Shown: positions 8,249 to 17,537 of the stretch, piece by piece
Position numbering within the stretch: the first letter of the stretch is position 1
How the letters are laid out: each line of letters opens with the position of its first letter
IMG/VR virus record: IMGVR_UViG_3300043446_004613
Coordinates: 62,001 to 126,000 of that record
DNA length: 64,000 nt
Direction: 5' to 3' (one strand)
The notes under the pieces: generated by a model
The model's input: only the letters and a program-made list of their open reading frames with translations
Databases searched by the model: none
What the model was told of the DNA's origin: nothing
Program-made: the position numbers and the translations under genes

Positions 8249-9487
8249 ATGCCGTACGATCAGATAACCAACAGTATTCTTGAAAAGTACTGGGTGACTA
8301 ATCCAGACGGCTCACTGCGCACGGCACCGCTGCGTCCGTCTGATCCAGACAGGACACGTCATCCGTACATAAACCCTGACGTACTGGACAGATTGGTTAA
8401 AGCTGATCCTACACCCGACAAACGCTGGCTAGAATGGATTATGTTTAACGCTGGTGGCGGTAAACAAGCGCACGCTAAATCCGTATCCGATGCTGCCGGG
8501 GCTAAATCCAAGTTCATCAACACCCGCGTCGCAGGTTACACCTTAAACGGTGTGACTTATGCACCAATGTTGAGAGAGAAAGCGGAAGAACTTTGGAAAA
8601 AGAACGAAGCGACTATCATCAATCTCATTATGCACGGAGATCAACCGCTGATTGATCGCTGTCATACTTTTGGTTATTACCGCACGTGGCCGGGTAAGGA
8701 TAATCGTTATGCTCACGTTGTTGATGCTATGCAGCAGTTCATGGCTGTGTATCCGCAGCTGAAAAAGCTCAACGCGGAACTGAAAGCGCAAGGTAAAACA
8801 ACCCTTGCGGATTCACCTCGGCGCATCGAAAACCCTACGGAAATGCTGAACGTCGTTGACGAGGTAAAACGGCACATTGCTGCTAAAAAAGCGCGAACAG
8901 ATGTACGCGAGGAAACTGTTTACGACGATGACAACTTGTCGGTTATCGTGCCGCTGACTTACGCCGCAGCATTGAAGTACGGCTATTCTGGCTGGAATGT
9001 TGCCAACCCGGAGACGTTCGAGCGCGTGCTCACGGTAAAAGGAGCGGCAGGCAACTGGCAAGACCCGTGGAACACGATTACGTCTAGTCAGCAAGTGCCG
9101 TTTTTTATTCACTTCAAAGCACCTGTTCCCGGCTGGACTTCAAGCAAGCGCGGCGAGTATAAACAGTACGATTTCACCGATCTTGTGCTGCCCCTATCAG
9201 TTAACGACGCGGAAAAAGTTGAACCCAAAAGCTGGTCGGTAATAGACCAAGAAAATCGGGTAGATACGACGCTGTGGGATGTGACGAGCGCAATTACCAG
9301 CGCAGGTGCAAAGGCTCAACCTGAAGACGCTTCGCCTCTGGACATCTCTATGAACGCTTGGGGACAGACAAACCAGTCACCGGAAGAGGCTCAATCCGTG
9401 GTTGACTCTTTGAATAAGGCAGTAAAAGAAATCCAGAGATGGATCAAGGAGTTTGATCACCAAAAGATTGTGACGCCCGCTGTTTAA
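8249..9487 (+). CDS. hypothetical protein, paralog 2 (DPTPDKRWL motif)
   Basis: 412 aa; shares DPTPDKRWL, FGxYRxWPG, PLTYAAA.KYGY and DQEN with the previous gene. Confidence 0.8.
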   Translation: MPYDQITNSILEKYWVTNPDGSLRTAPLRPSDPDRTRHPYINPDVLDRLVKADPTPDKRWLEWIMFNAGGGKQAHAKSVSDAAGAKSKFINTRVAGYTLNGVTYAPMLREKAEELWKKNEATIINLIMHGDQPLIDRCHTFGYYRTWPGKDNRYAHVVDAMQQFMAVYPQLKKLNAELKAQGKTTLADSPRRIENPTEMLNVVDEVKRHIAAKKARTDVREETVYDDDNLSVIVPLTYAAALKYGYSGWNVANPETFERVLTVKGAAGNWQDPWNTITSSQQVPFFIHFKAPVPGWTSSKRGEYKQYDFTDLVLPLSVNDAEKVEPKSWSVIDQENRVDTTLWDVTSAITSAGAKAQPEDASPLDISMNAWGQTNQSPEEAQSVVDSLNKAVKEIQRWIKEFDHQKIVTPAV

Positions 9488-10191
9488 GCGTCCGGCATCG
9501 CAATCCGAACAACCCGCTGGACGATGCCGCGCATCGAATACGCCACGCTCTTGTCCCGCACGCTATTCAACTGGTCTAGCACCATGCTGGTCAAGGCGCT
9601 TCCAAAGTCAGTGTGAACGTCAGCCGGTGCGTACGCGCTCGTCAGCGGCACAAGGCAGTGATACTTCTCACGTTTGCAGTAACTGGTTGTCGGCCCCCAT
9701 TCCATGATGTCTACACCGACACTATCCATGTAGGCGATGTTGTTGGCCAACAGTGCGTTTACGACATTGATGTAGACAAGGCGGTCAACACTTCCGCCGG
9801 TATTTGGATAGCTGTCGAGCACATCCTTGTAGGTCTTGCAGGTCTTGCGTAACTCAGCATCTTCCAGCTTTCCTTTGACTGTGGCGACTTGCTCGACCGT
9901 CGGAACGTCCAACTTGTTTTTCCAGATCGCTTCGCCACGTTCGCCGGAGCGCTTCAAGATGAACAGTCCAAATTGGCGAAGGACATCCTCCTCGGCGTTT
10001 TTCACGCTATGCAGGGACGGGTACAGATTGATGACCGCGTTGCCTTTGGCGTCCAGCACCGCAGGCGATCCGATGTCATCATTGTGCCCTTGAAACTCCA
10101 GCAAGCGCCAAAGCGGCAGCAGAAGGTCTTTCAAGGCAGAGTTCAGCAAGTGGCTTTGCGCCGCCTGTACGACATGTTTGTAGTCAGCCAT
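9484..10191 (-). CDS. hypothetical protein (235 aa)
   Basis: ORF in operon run. Confidence 0.7.
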   Translation of the reverse strand: MADYKHVVQAAQSHLLNSALKDLLLPLWRLLEFQGHNDDIGSPAVLDAKGNAVINLYPSLHSVKNAEEDVLRQFGLFILKRSGERGEAIWKNKLDVPTVEQVATVKGKLEDAELRKTCKTYKDVLDSYPNTGGSVDRLVYINVVNALLANNIAYMDSVGVDIMEWGPTTSYCKREKYHCLVPLTSAYAPADVHTDFGSALTSMVLDQLNSVRDKSVAYSMRGIVQRVVRIAMPDA

Positions 10192-10194
10192 AAG

Positions 10195-11286
10195 TCAATT
10201 TATGCGGCAGTAGACGGCACCGTTATCGCAAACGGTATAATCGTGATCGTAGTGTGCAACAAAATGCGCCCAGCCGTCAGTGCGAACAGCGCTTTCTGCC
10301 GCAGCCTTAATGTCTATTTGCGCAATACGTAGAGCCTCGCGCATGGCATCTCTTCCGTAAACATCGCGCATCCAAGCCCAAGGATCGACAGTCGGTTTTT
10401 CGTTGTCGATGTAATCCTGCTTTTTGCTGTCTAATAGCGCAGCCAACTCAGGAGTCTCCGGTAACGGCTCACCGTCGGCATCATAAAACGGATCGTTCGA
10501 ATCGACGTAATTGTTGTCATACAAAAACGTAAGAAGCTCGTCGTAGTCGAGGCTGTTTACTTCGTCGTCCCAGTCTTCGTAAGGATCGCCAATGGCATTG
10601 CGCAGAGAGTCCTCGTCAATAAAGCCGCTAAGCCATTCTTGATTGAATACATCCGGCTCATGTTCAAGGTCGTTTGTCACCAGTTCCAAGGCGAATTCTT
10701 CAGCTACGTCTTCATCCTTGAACATCTTGTAGGTTTGCCCTGCAACCTCGAACTCAAAGCGTGTTGTTGAGTCTTTATCGTCCGCATCGTAATCACCAAA
10801 ATGGCGGCTTTCGATTTCGATCTCACTGGTATCAATATTTTCATTTGCAGCGAACTCTATGAGGGCAACATCAACCCAGTTGCCTGCCAGCATGCGTATG
10901 ACTTCTTCACGGGCGTCTAGGTTAGGTTCAGCTTCAAAATCAGGCTCAGGAACTGGATCAGGCTCGGGCGGAAGCGGCAGTTCTTCGGCCTCTCCAACCA
11001 ATTTTGCCATCGGTTTGATCTTGGCCTGTGGGTCGTGGAGTACTTTTTGGACTTCGTCCTTGAGGGCATTAACCGAATCATAGTCACAGCCCGGACAAAG
11101 CTTCTTGGCGTGCGCCTCGCGCATGGATGTGAACGTGCCATGAACACCGCCGCACTTAGGACAGCGTACGTACCACTTCACTTCGTGCGGCCAGTTGGAA
11201 TGATCAGCATAGACGCCGAGAGAACCACTCCAGCCCTCAGCGGATTTTCCCTCACAGATCGCTTGGATGGCAGCTTCAGGAGTCAT
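10195..11286 (-). CDS. acidic protein with N-terminal Zn ribbon
   Basis: CPKC...CPGC; very acidic C-terminal domain ending DGWAHFVAHYD. Confidence 0.75.
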   Translation of the reverse strand: MTPEAAIQAICEGKSAEGWSGSLGVYADHSNWPHEVKWYVRCPKCGGVHGTFTSMREAHAKKLCPGCDYDSVNALKDEVQKVLHDPQAKIKPMAKLVGEAEELPLPPEPDPVPEPDFEAEPNLDAREEVIRMLAGNWVDVALIEFAANENIDTSEIEIESRHFGDYDADDKDSTTRFEFEVAGQTYKMFKDEDVAEEFALELVTNDLEHEPDVFNQEWLSGFIDEDSLRNAIGDPYEDWDDEVNSLDYDELLTFLYDNNYVDSNDPFYDADGEPLPETPELAALLDSKKQDYIDNEKPTVDPWAWMRDVYGRDAMREALRIAQIDIKAAAESAVRTDGWAHFVAHYDHDYTVCDNGAVYCRIN

Positions 11287-11852
11287 GTGGCACGTGGAGC
11301 GTGACGGCGCGGATATTCCGGCTGATCGTTCATCTCCAGCGTGCCGTCAGGCAGGATAGTGTCTTTACGTGAAAAAGGTAGAAGCTCGCCGCCACTCTCA
11401 CGCGTACCGGCGTTGGTGCGGCGATTAAACCAGTACCACGTACCTTTCTGTTGAAAGATGCTCCAACCGGTGCCGTCAATGTATTTGGTGATCCGGTCAC
11501 GGGTAGTCGATGTCTGCCATCCGCCGGTATCGACGACGACTCTGCCGTCTGGATACGCAACGACCACGTCCGTATGGTGGAGATGTACGGCTAATCGATG
11601 ATACGGGCCTCCGTTGTCGTGATTGAAGAGGTAGGTGTTGTTATCGATTTTGCGTCGATAGCGCCCGTTGCTTAAAGCGAGCAGCCTGCGGTAAACGTCA
11701 TTACCTGATCCCGGTACTCGATGCTTAACACCTGCTGCTTGTATCTGCGCCAGTTCATCTGCTGCCGCGCCTAGAGCAAGAGGATCGAAGCCGGAATCAA
11801 CCGGCTGTTCCTCTTCAATGAGCAGGCGTACGATGGTATTGGCAGGGAGCAT
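11283..11852 (-). CDS. phage hypothetical protein with LLIEE leader
   Basis: Start reassigned to MLPANTIVRLLIEEE (abuts upstream stop at 11854); TGGWQTSTTRDRI motif. Confidence 0.7.
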   Translation of the reverse strand: MLPANTIVRLLIEEEQPVDSGFDPLALGAAADELAQIQAAGVKHRVPGSGNDVYRRLLALSNGRYRRKIDNNTYLFNHDNGGPYHRLAVHLHHTDVVVAYPDGRVVVDTGGWQTSTTRDRITKYIDGTGWSIFQQKGTWYWFNRRTNAGTRESGGELLPFSRKDTILPDGTLEMNDQPEYPRRHAPRAT

Positions 11853-11853
11853 G

Positions 11854-12438
11854 TCACTTTTCGTCGGTAACCATGAATTCACCGGGCGCGTAAGAGCGAT
11901 CTTGCGGCGGCTTGTCCCCTTTGAAACGCAAGCGTACACGGCCATCCGCTTCAAAGTTGCTGATCTCGCCGTTATAGGTGTTGCCTTCAACGCTCACTGA
12001 TGCCGGTTCACCTACGCGGAACGGCTTGCGCGGTTGAGCTACCGGTGACGTCGGCGCTTTCGGGGTAGTGTCCGTCTGCACCATAGGTGTCCCACCAGTC
12101 GGTGTACTTGCGCCTTCAGGCCGGGACAGCCCGTAACCGGCGAACGCTTCGCGGATTGAGGTAGGCATGACGCGTGATTCCGTGACGTCTTTCTCCGCGC
12201 AGTCACAGTCGGTCTTGCCGCAATCCTTACATTTGCAGGCAGATTCCAGTTCAAGCAGCTTGCCGCCGCCAGTGTTCAGCGTCAGCAGGCCGGTTAATTC
12301 GTCGGCGACTAACCAGCGCTTTTCCAGCGCTTCTTGGATACCGTCAGAGCCGATGAGATTTAGCAATTCGCCTGTCGTCATGACAGGGCTGGCGCGAAAA
12401 CGACGTTCGTGCAGTTTGCGTGCGATCGAGATGTTCAT
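11854..12438 (-). CDS. hypothetical protein, possible small beta-barrel C-terminal domain
   Basis: ORF with GTATTTAA 4 nt upstream; CKCKDC cluster; FRVGEPASV...YNGEI C-terminus. Confidence 0.7.
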   Translation of the reverse strand: MNISIARKLHERRFRASPVMTTGELLNLIGSDGIQEALEKRWLVADELTGLLTLNTGGGKLLELESACKCKDCGKTDCDCAEKDVTESRVMPTSIREAFAGYGLSRPEGASTPTGGTPMVQTDTTPKAPTSPVAQPRKPFRVGEPASVSVEGNTYNGEISNFEADGRVRLRFKGDKPPQDRSYAPGEFMVTDEK

Positions 12439-12451
12439 ACGTTAAATACGA

Positions 12452-13153
12452 CTATGCCATGCCCATACGGCCTGTAGGCATTTCTTCAGGTTCAGGTGTT
12501 TCAATGCCGCCCTCTTCAGGAGCAGGAGCGCCCGGCTCAGCGCCCGGAGCTTCACCTTCACCGGGTGGAGTTCCTTCCTCGCCACCGGGAGGTGGTTCAG
12601 CGCCGCCTTCAGGGCCACCTTCGGGGCCACCCGCACCGGGTGCTCCGGGCATAGCAGGAGGAGCGCCGCCACCGCCGCCACCGGGCGGTTCTTCCTGCGG
12701 GCCAAAGCTGGGAGCCATCGGAGGCCCACCCATACCGCCACCGCCACCACCGGCCATCGGTTCATTGCCGGTGTCTTCCATGCCACGGGGCAGTTGTTCT
12801 TCAGAAGCGATCAGCACTTTAAGCTGGTCGCGCAAGCTGCTGAAATACTTGTTCAGCGTCCACTGGTCGACGGCAAGGATGTCAGCGCCGGACTTCAGGA
12901 CTTCGAGCGTTTCGCGGTTGATGGAGCCGGTGATCTCATTGGCCCGCCAAATCTTTAAGAACTCGCGGACTTTATCGGCGTAGGCGTAGTTACGACCCTT
13001 CTCGACTTCATCGAGCATGTTCATCAGCTGGCGCTCGATCTTGCCCTGCCACTGCACGACGGAAGTACCGGCAAAGCCTTCCATGATGTCTGCGCGGTAC
13101 GCAGAAAAATCAAGGCACCCCATGCTTTCGTAATCGTAAAAATTGCGGTTCAT
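12452..13153 (-). CDS. protein with Gly/Pro/Glu-rich low-complexity C-terminal half
   Basis: GGGGGGMGGPP...PPGGEEGTPPGEGEAPG. Confidence 0.75.
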   Translation of the reverse strand: MNRNFYDYESMGCLDFSAYRADIMEGFAGTSVVQWQGKIERQLMNMLDEVEKGRNYAYADKVREFLKIWRANEITGSINRETLEVLKSGADILAVDQWTLNKYFSSLRDQLKVLIASEEQLPRGMEDTGNEPMAGGGGGGMGGPPMAPSFGPQEEPPGGGGGGAPPAMPGAPGAGGPEGGPEGGAEPPPGGEEGTPPGEGEAPGAEPGAPAPEEGGIETPEPEEMPTGRMGMA

Positions 13154-13515
13154 ACGCCTAAATTAAAATCTTGCTGTTTGATCGGGCCTGCGCCCGGTTT
13201 TGTTGACCACTCATCCGCGTTCCGGTCGGTGATGTAAAAACAGTCGTACATCCCGTACTTTACCGGAATCTGAAATTCGCCCGGACGCGTCTTCCACGTT
13301 TTTGTTTTACCGTTGCGGCGGACTTCGGCTTGACCCCGTGTATTCCGCTTGGTGCGGTGGTAAAAGCGCTGTGCAGTCTGCGCAGTGCGATAGTTCACAA
13401 CACCAGAGGCATCCTCTACAGCCGATGCGTCAGCATGCTGATGTACAAAGTCAACCGGATCAAAATCCGGCTCAGCTTCCAGCAGCGAATCAACGACTTG
13501 GCTTGCCTTGCTCAT
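13150..13515 (-). CDS. hypothetical protein with VVDSLLE leader
   Basis: MSKASQVVDSLLEAEP; TKTWKTRPGEFQIPVKYG motif. Confidence 0.7.
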   Translation of the reverse strand: MSKASQVVDSLLEAEPDFDPVDFVHQHADASAVEDASGVVNYRTAQTAQRFYHRTKRNTRGQAEVRRNGKTKTWKTRPGEFQIPVKYGMYDCFYITDRNADEWSTKPGAGPIKQQDFNLGV

Positions 13516-14395
13516 GCTTCTTAGCTTTATTCTTGCGGAAGCGGTTACGTAAAGGCTGACCCATCGGCGACTCTACCGCCGGGATCGCCGAGACGCCGGT
13601 CATCTCCTGTAATTCGCTTTCATCGATGTCGTCGATGTCGCGAACATACTTATGACAGTCACAGCGGTTACCGTTGCCGGAACCGTTCCAGCACGCACCT
13701 AAGCGCACACCTGTTCCTTCAGGGTCTTCGCGGTGGTCTTCCTTGGTGTGACCGCAACGGGCGCAAACATGATGCTTTTCGTCCAACATACGCTTTGCCA
13801 GAGCACGGGCAGACTCCTTAACGCCCTTGGGTTTACCTTCGGGTTTGTCGCCGTCTTTGGGCTTACCAACGCCTTTCTGGCCGTCGGAACTACCCTTGGT
13901 ATCGTATGTGACAGGGTTGAGTTCATCGTCGTGTTCCACCGGGGTGGTGGCAAACTTCTGCGCATCCTTGACGACCTTTTCCAAGGATTCGGCATCCTTC
14001 TTGTTATCCGGGGTGTCGAGGATTCCCAGTTCGATGAAACCGATCTTCAGGTCGGGCACTTCGTTGCTCATGGCCTGATCGCCACGCTGGGACATAATCC
14101 AGCCCTGCTCGGCGAGTTTGTGCATCGCTTCCGGTGTACGCAGCTTAGCCACGAGTTCGTGGTATTCCGCATCGCAGTCGCAATGAATCTCGTAGCACTC
14201 GTCGGCGTCGCCAACTTCCTTGTCGATGCCGATAGATTTGAGTGCGGCGACGAGCGGCTTTTTGCTCGCCGCCGTCTGTTCCATCTCTTCCTCAGCGGCA
14301 TCTTCAAACAGCTTCACGATGCTCTCACCCAACGCTTCGTTGGTCTGACGAACGGCTGCCGGGCCAAATAGGAATTCAAGCAGATTTTTTCGCAT
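13490..14395 (-). CDS. acidic putative head/scaffold-type protein with internal Cys/His finger
   Basis: Multiple LxE sites; CARCGH...H...C...CDC. Confidence 0.7.
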   Translation of the reverse strand: MRKNLLEFLFGPAAVRQTNEALGESIVKLFEDAAEEEMEQTAASKKPLVAALKSIGIDKEVGDADECYEIHCDCDAEYHELVAKLRTPEAMHKLAEQGWIMSQRGDQAMSNEVPDLKIGFIELGILDTPDNKKDAESLEKVVKDAQKFATTPVEHDDELNPVTYDTKGSSDGQKGVGKPKDGDKPEGKPKGVKESARALAKRMLDEKHHVCARCGHTKEDHREDPEGTGVRLGACWNGSGNGNRCDCHKYVRDIDDIDESELQEMTGVSAIPAVESPMGQPLRNRFRKNKAKKHEQGKPSR

Positions 14396-14428
14396 ATCCG
14401 ACCTAACTACGCTAGTCGCGTCAGCAAT

Positions 14429-14917
14429 CTACTTTTGTTGCTTATCACGATTATGCGCATCGACCAGCTGAGCTTGGATAATCGGTGCCAGAACGGCTGG
14501 ACTATAGCTCGGCCCTTTGACCCACTTACCATCTTCACGGCGGTGGCCGTCGATGAACTTGGAGTCGTTGCTGCGCATGACTTCATCAAATCCGGGCTTA
14601 CACTCGATGCCCATCGCGACGGCGGCACCTAAAACCACGACCTGTAAGTCGTTAACTCCGTCGTAGGCTTCCACAAGATCATGAAAATTGAGCGCCGGTT
14701 TAGCGTCGTCGGCGACAATTTCAATCTTCGGTTTTTTACCTTTACGGGTATCCAGTACCATGCGCAGGCCGAAAGCGGCGCACAGTTCAGCCAATTCCTC
14801 GGCGATCAGCTTGATGCGGAGGACACGGGTTTCATGATCAGGCATCGTTGGGCGATCGGGTGTCGCCTGACCAGCCTTGACCATCCATTCACGTACATGT
14901 TGTTGTTCGTTTTTCAT
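14429..14917 (-). CDS. MazG-like nucleoside-triphosphate pyrophosphohydrolase (PRA-PH-like)
   Basis: LRIKLIAEELAEL, EAYDGVNDL, FDEVMRSNDSK motifs. Confidence 0.8.
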   Translation of the reverse strand: MKNEQQHVREWMVKAGQATPDRPTMPDHETRVLRIKLIAEELAELCAAFGLRMVLDTRKGKKPKIEIVADDAKPALNFHDLVEAYDGVNDLQVVVLGAAVAMGIECKPGFDEVMRSNDSKFIDGHRREDGKWVKGPSYSPAVLAPIIQAQLVDAHNRDKQQK

Positions 14918-16560
14918 GAGTAAAACTTAAAAGAGTCTTTGAACCATTTCGGGAAGAACTTGCTATTTTCGTTGTACAGTCGGATAAAATCACGATCCAG
15001 AATATAAGTCGAGCCGTGATCAGTTTCGCTGCGGACAATGCGACCGCACGCCTGTAAAATAGTCATGACTGTCTGTAGCGTATACCAGTCTTTATCGATT
15101 TCCATCTTAGCTGCAACCTGCTCGTCACCGAGGTAAGGAAACGGCACTTTTGCGATGATCTGAAAACGGGCTAGATCATCATCAAAGCTGTAGCCTTCTA
15201 CGATGCTTGGACTGAGCATTACGGTCGGCAAGGTACTTTGCCGATGATGGTTGAAATCCGAGACACGCGACGCAGCTTTTTGGGAAAACAACAAACGTTT
15301 ACCGTGAGGTGTCGTCCGCATGTGCTCGTAAATTTTTTGACCTAGAGCGTAGCTGTGACAGTGGATGATTCCTTTCTCGTCCGGGTGTGCGTCAAGAATC
15401 GTGCTGCACATCGACATCAAACGGGGAAGTGTTTCATCGATGTACTTGCGCCCCATCGAACCGACGGTTGTCATGTGTACCAAACGGTTGTCTACAGGAA
15501 ATGTACTGTCTAGTTCCAACCACGCTACGCCAGCTGGATCAAGCCCCATGCTGCGGCAGAACACATCTTTCGGCCCCGGATATGCGCTCATGTAAACACG
15601 GATGGCGCTCATTGAATCAAGCAGCTGCGGTGCAAACGGTGCTGCGCTTAACGGTTTGGCGATCGATACCAAATCATCCTCAGTCTGTTTTTGCCAGAAA
15701 ATCCAGTCTTTCGGGTAACTGACCATTGTGTCTACAGCGTAAGTTATACGCCCAACATGGTTCTGTAAACGCTTGAGTTCGTCCTGCATCTTCCGGTTTT
15801 GATAGCCGCTGGCGGCTAAGTTTTCGGCTAACATGTCTAGGCGGTTCGTGCAGGTCTTCAAGTAACAATTCTTCAGCCAGTCAACAAACTGAGCCAACTT
15901 ATTCATCTTCGGTACCGGGCGGCAATCAGGTGCCCAGTTGTCTAGTGCTTCACTGTCTACAACGACTTCAACGAAACCGGTAATCTGCCGTTCAAGGGTG
16001 TGGCACTCGTCACAGATGATAATGTTGCGCGGCGGCAGTTCGTTGACGTACAGGTGCTCTGTAAACAGATACGGATAATTCGTGACGGCAACTTTCGACA
16101 TCGAGAAACGCCATTTTGCCAACTGGTACGGGCACGTTTTGTTCGCACGTTGGCTACACATTTTGCCGTTTTTATCCCCTTCTGCGCTGGCCATGCCGCC
16201 AAGCATGCAGTTACCGTAGCGCTGGCAGCCGTACTCTGAACTGCTCTTGATGGAACCAGCATCCGTTCTGAATTTTGCGATGAAGCGCGGAAAGTCCGCC
16301 TCCAGCTGATCTTGCAGCATCTTTTGCGTGACGAGGTAGTAGCCTCCGCGCTCATAGCCGTTTAGCTCAAAAGATGAACCCCAGATTGACACTGCTGTTC
16401 CAATACCTGTTTTACCGACACCGGTTGGGGCTGCAATGACGATGTCGCGGTAGCCTTGGTTGACCGCATCTTGGATAAATTCCAGTGCCTCTACCTGCGC
16501 GGGACGCGGGTTAGCCATTGGAAAGTAATCCATGATCTGGCCGCCTATTTTTTCATTCAT
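14914..16560 (-). CDS. DinG/YoaA (XPD-family) ATP-dependent helicase
   Basis: APTGVGKT Walker A, DECH, Cys cluster for Fe-S, EGYSF..D, QACGRIVR; start set at MNEK from upstream motif. Confidence 0.88.
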   Translation of the reverse strand: MNEKIGGQIMDYFPMANPRPAQVEALEFIQDAVNQGYRDIVIAAPTGVGKTGIGTAVSIWGSSFELNGYERGGYYLVTQKMLQDQLEADFPRFIAKFRTDAGSIKSSSEYGCQRYGNCMLGGMASAEGDKNGKMCSQRANKTCPYQLAKWRFSMSKVAVTNYPYLFTEHLYVNELPPRNIIICDECHTLERQITGFVEVVVDSEALDNWAPDCRPVPKMNKLAQFVDWLKNCYLKTCTNRLDMLAENLAASGYQNRKMQDELKRLQNHVGRITYAVDTMVSYPKDWIFWQKQTEDDLVSIAKPLSAAPFAPQLLDSMSAIRVYMSAYPGPKDVFCRSMGLDPAGVAWLELDSTFPVDNRLVHMTTVGSMGRKYIDETLPRLMSMCSTILDAHPDEKGIIHCHSYALGQKIYEHMRTTPHGKRLLFSQKAASRVSDFNHHRQSTLPTVMLSPSIVEGYSFDDDLARFQIIAKVPFPYLGDEQVAAKMEIDKDWYTLQTVMTILQACGRIVRSETDHGSTYILDRDFIRLYNENSKFFPKWFKDSFKFYS

Positions 16561-16623
16561 GCGTGACAAAGAACGGCGTTTTGTAAACACGTACGACGTA
16601 AATCTGCGCCGGTATGTAAGGAT

Positions 16624-17031
16624 ATGGCAGATTTCATGTATCCGAGCATAAAAGAAAAGATGCTATCAGGTCAGTTTAACTGGCTTTCTGACAGCATCGT
16701 AGCGATTCTCGTCGCTTCCGGCAAGTATACACCGTCGGTAAATCACGCCTCTTTGCTCGATTTACCAGTGACTGCGCGGGTCGCCACGTCGGATGTGCTT
16801 ACCGGTCGCACCGTTGTAAATAATGTTGTTGACGCAGACGACTACCTCTTCTCTAACGTGTCAGGCCCGCAGGTTGCAGCCGTCGTTCTCGCTGTCAACA
16901 GCGGCACAGAGGCTACCTCATGGTTGATTGCTTATCTGGATAAGGGTGTCAGCGGGCTGCCGTTTAATCCGTCAGATGGCCCGGCCCAGCTGGCTTGGGA
17001 TAACGGAGCTAATAAGATTTTTGCCCTGTAG
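16624..17031 (+). CDS. putative virion (tail/baseplate-associated) protein
   Basis: FMYP...NW..D...LIAYLD...GLP...WDNG.NKIFAL pattern seen in phage structural genes; upstream of baseplate gene. Confidence 0.6.
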   Translation: MADFMYPSIKEKMLSGQFNWLSDSIVAILVASGKYTPSVNHASLLDLPVTARVATSDVLTGRTVVNNVVDADDYLFSNVSGPQVAAVVLAVNSGTEATSWLIAYLDKGVSGLPFNPSDGPAQLAWDNGANKIFAL

Positions 17032-17038
17032 TTATTGC

Positions 17039-17290
17039 ATGTGGTACGCCATAACACTAATCGGAGCGGTGATCCTCACCGCATTGGTTGTTCGCAGCTG
17101 CTGTCGGACATCTGCTACTATTGGACTGGCCCGCTGGGTGCCCAACCGCGAGCGTAAATTCGGGCAAGCCTTGTCCTACGGAATCGTCATTGTTCGGGTT
17201 GAAGGTCAGGCTGAAGAGCGCTGGGTGTTTACGCCGCACGAGCGCGAAAACATGCTAAAACGCGCTGAAGCTAATCCCGAAGATAATTGA
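17039..17290 (+). CDS. small membrane protein
   Basis: MWYAITLIGAVILTALVV N-terminal TM helix; TAGTTA 4 nt upstream. Confidence 0.6.
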   Translation: MWYAITLIGAVILTALVVRSCCRTSATIGLARWVPNRERKFGQALSYGIVIVRVEGQAEERWVFTPHERENMLKRAEANPEDN

Positions 17291-17306
17291 TTTGGTTCTT
17301 ACCGGC

Positions 17307-17534
17307 ATGGCTATAAATTTCAAGGCTCATGCCGAAAACTTACGCACGCTGGCTGATGGAGCGTCTAGGCTCGATCGGCAGAACTGCAACAATCTGCACT
17401 TAGTGGCCGATGTTCTAAACCGCATCGATCACCTTAAACAACAGCTTACGAACTGTAATGCGGACGATGATGACGACGTCACCCGCACAGCAAAAGAGCT
17501 TATGGCCGTGCTTGGAATCCAGCCCGGTAGTTAA
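17307..17534 (+). CDS. hypothetical protein
   Basis: ORF with GTTCTTA 5 nt upstream. Confidence 0.55.
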   Translation: MAINFKAHAENLRTLADGASRLDRQNCNNLHLVADVLNRIDHLKQQLTNCNADDDDDVTRTAKELMAVLGIQPGS

Positions 17535-17537
17535 AGC

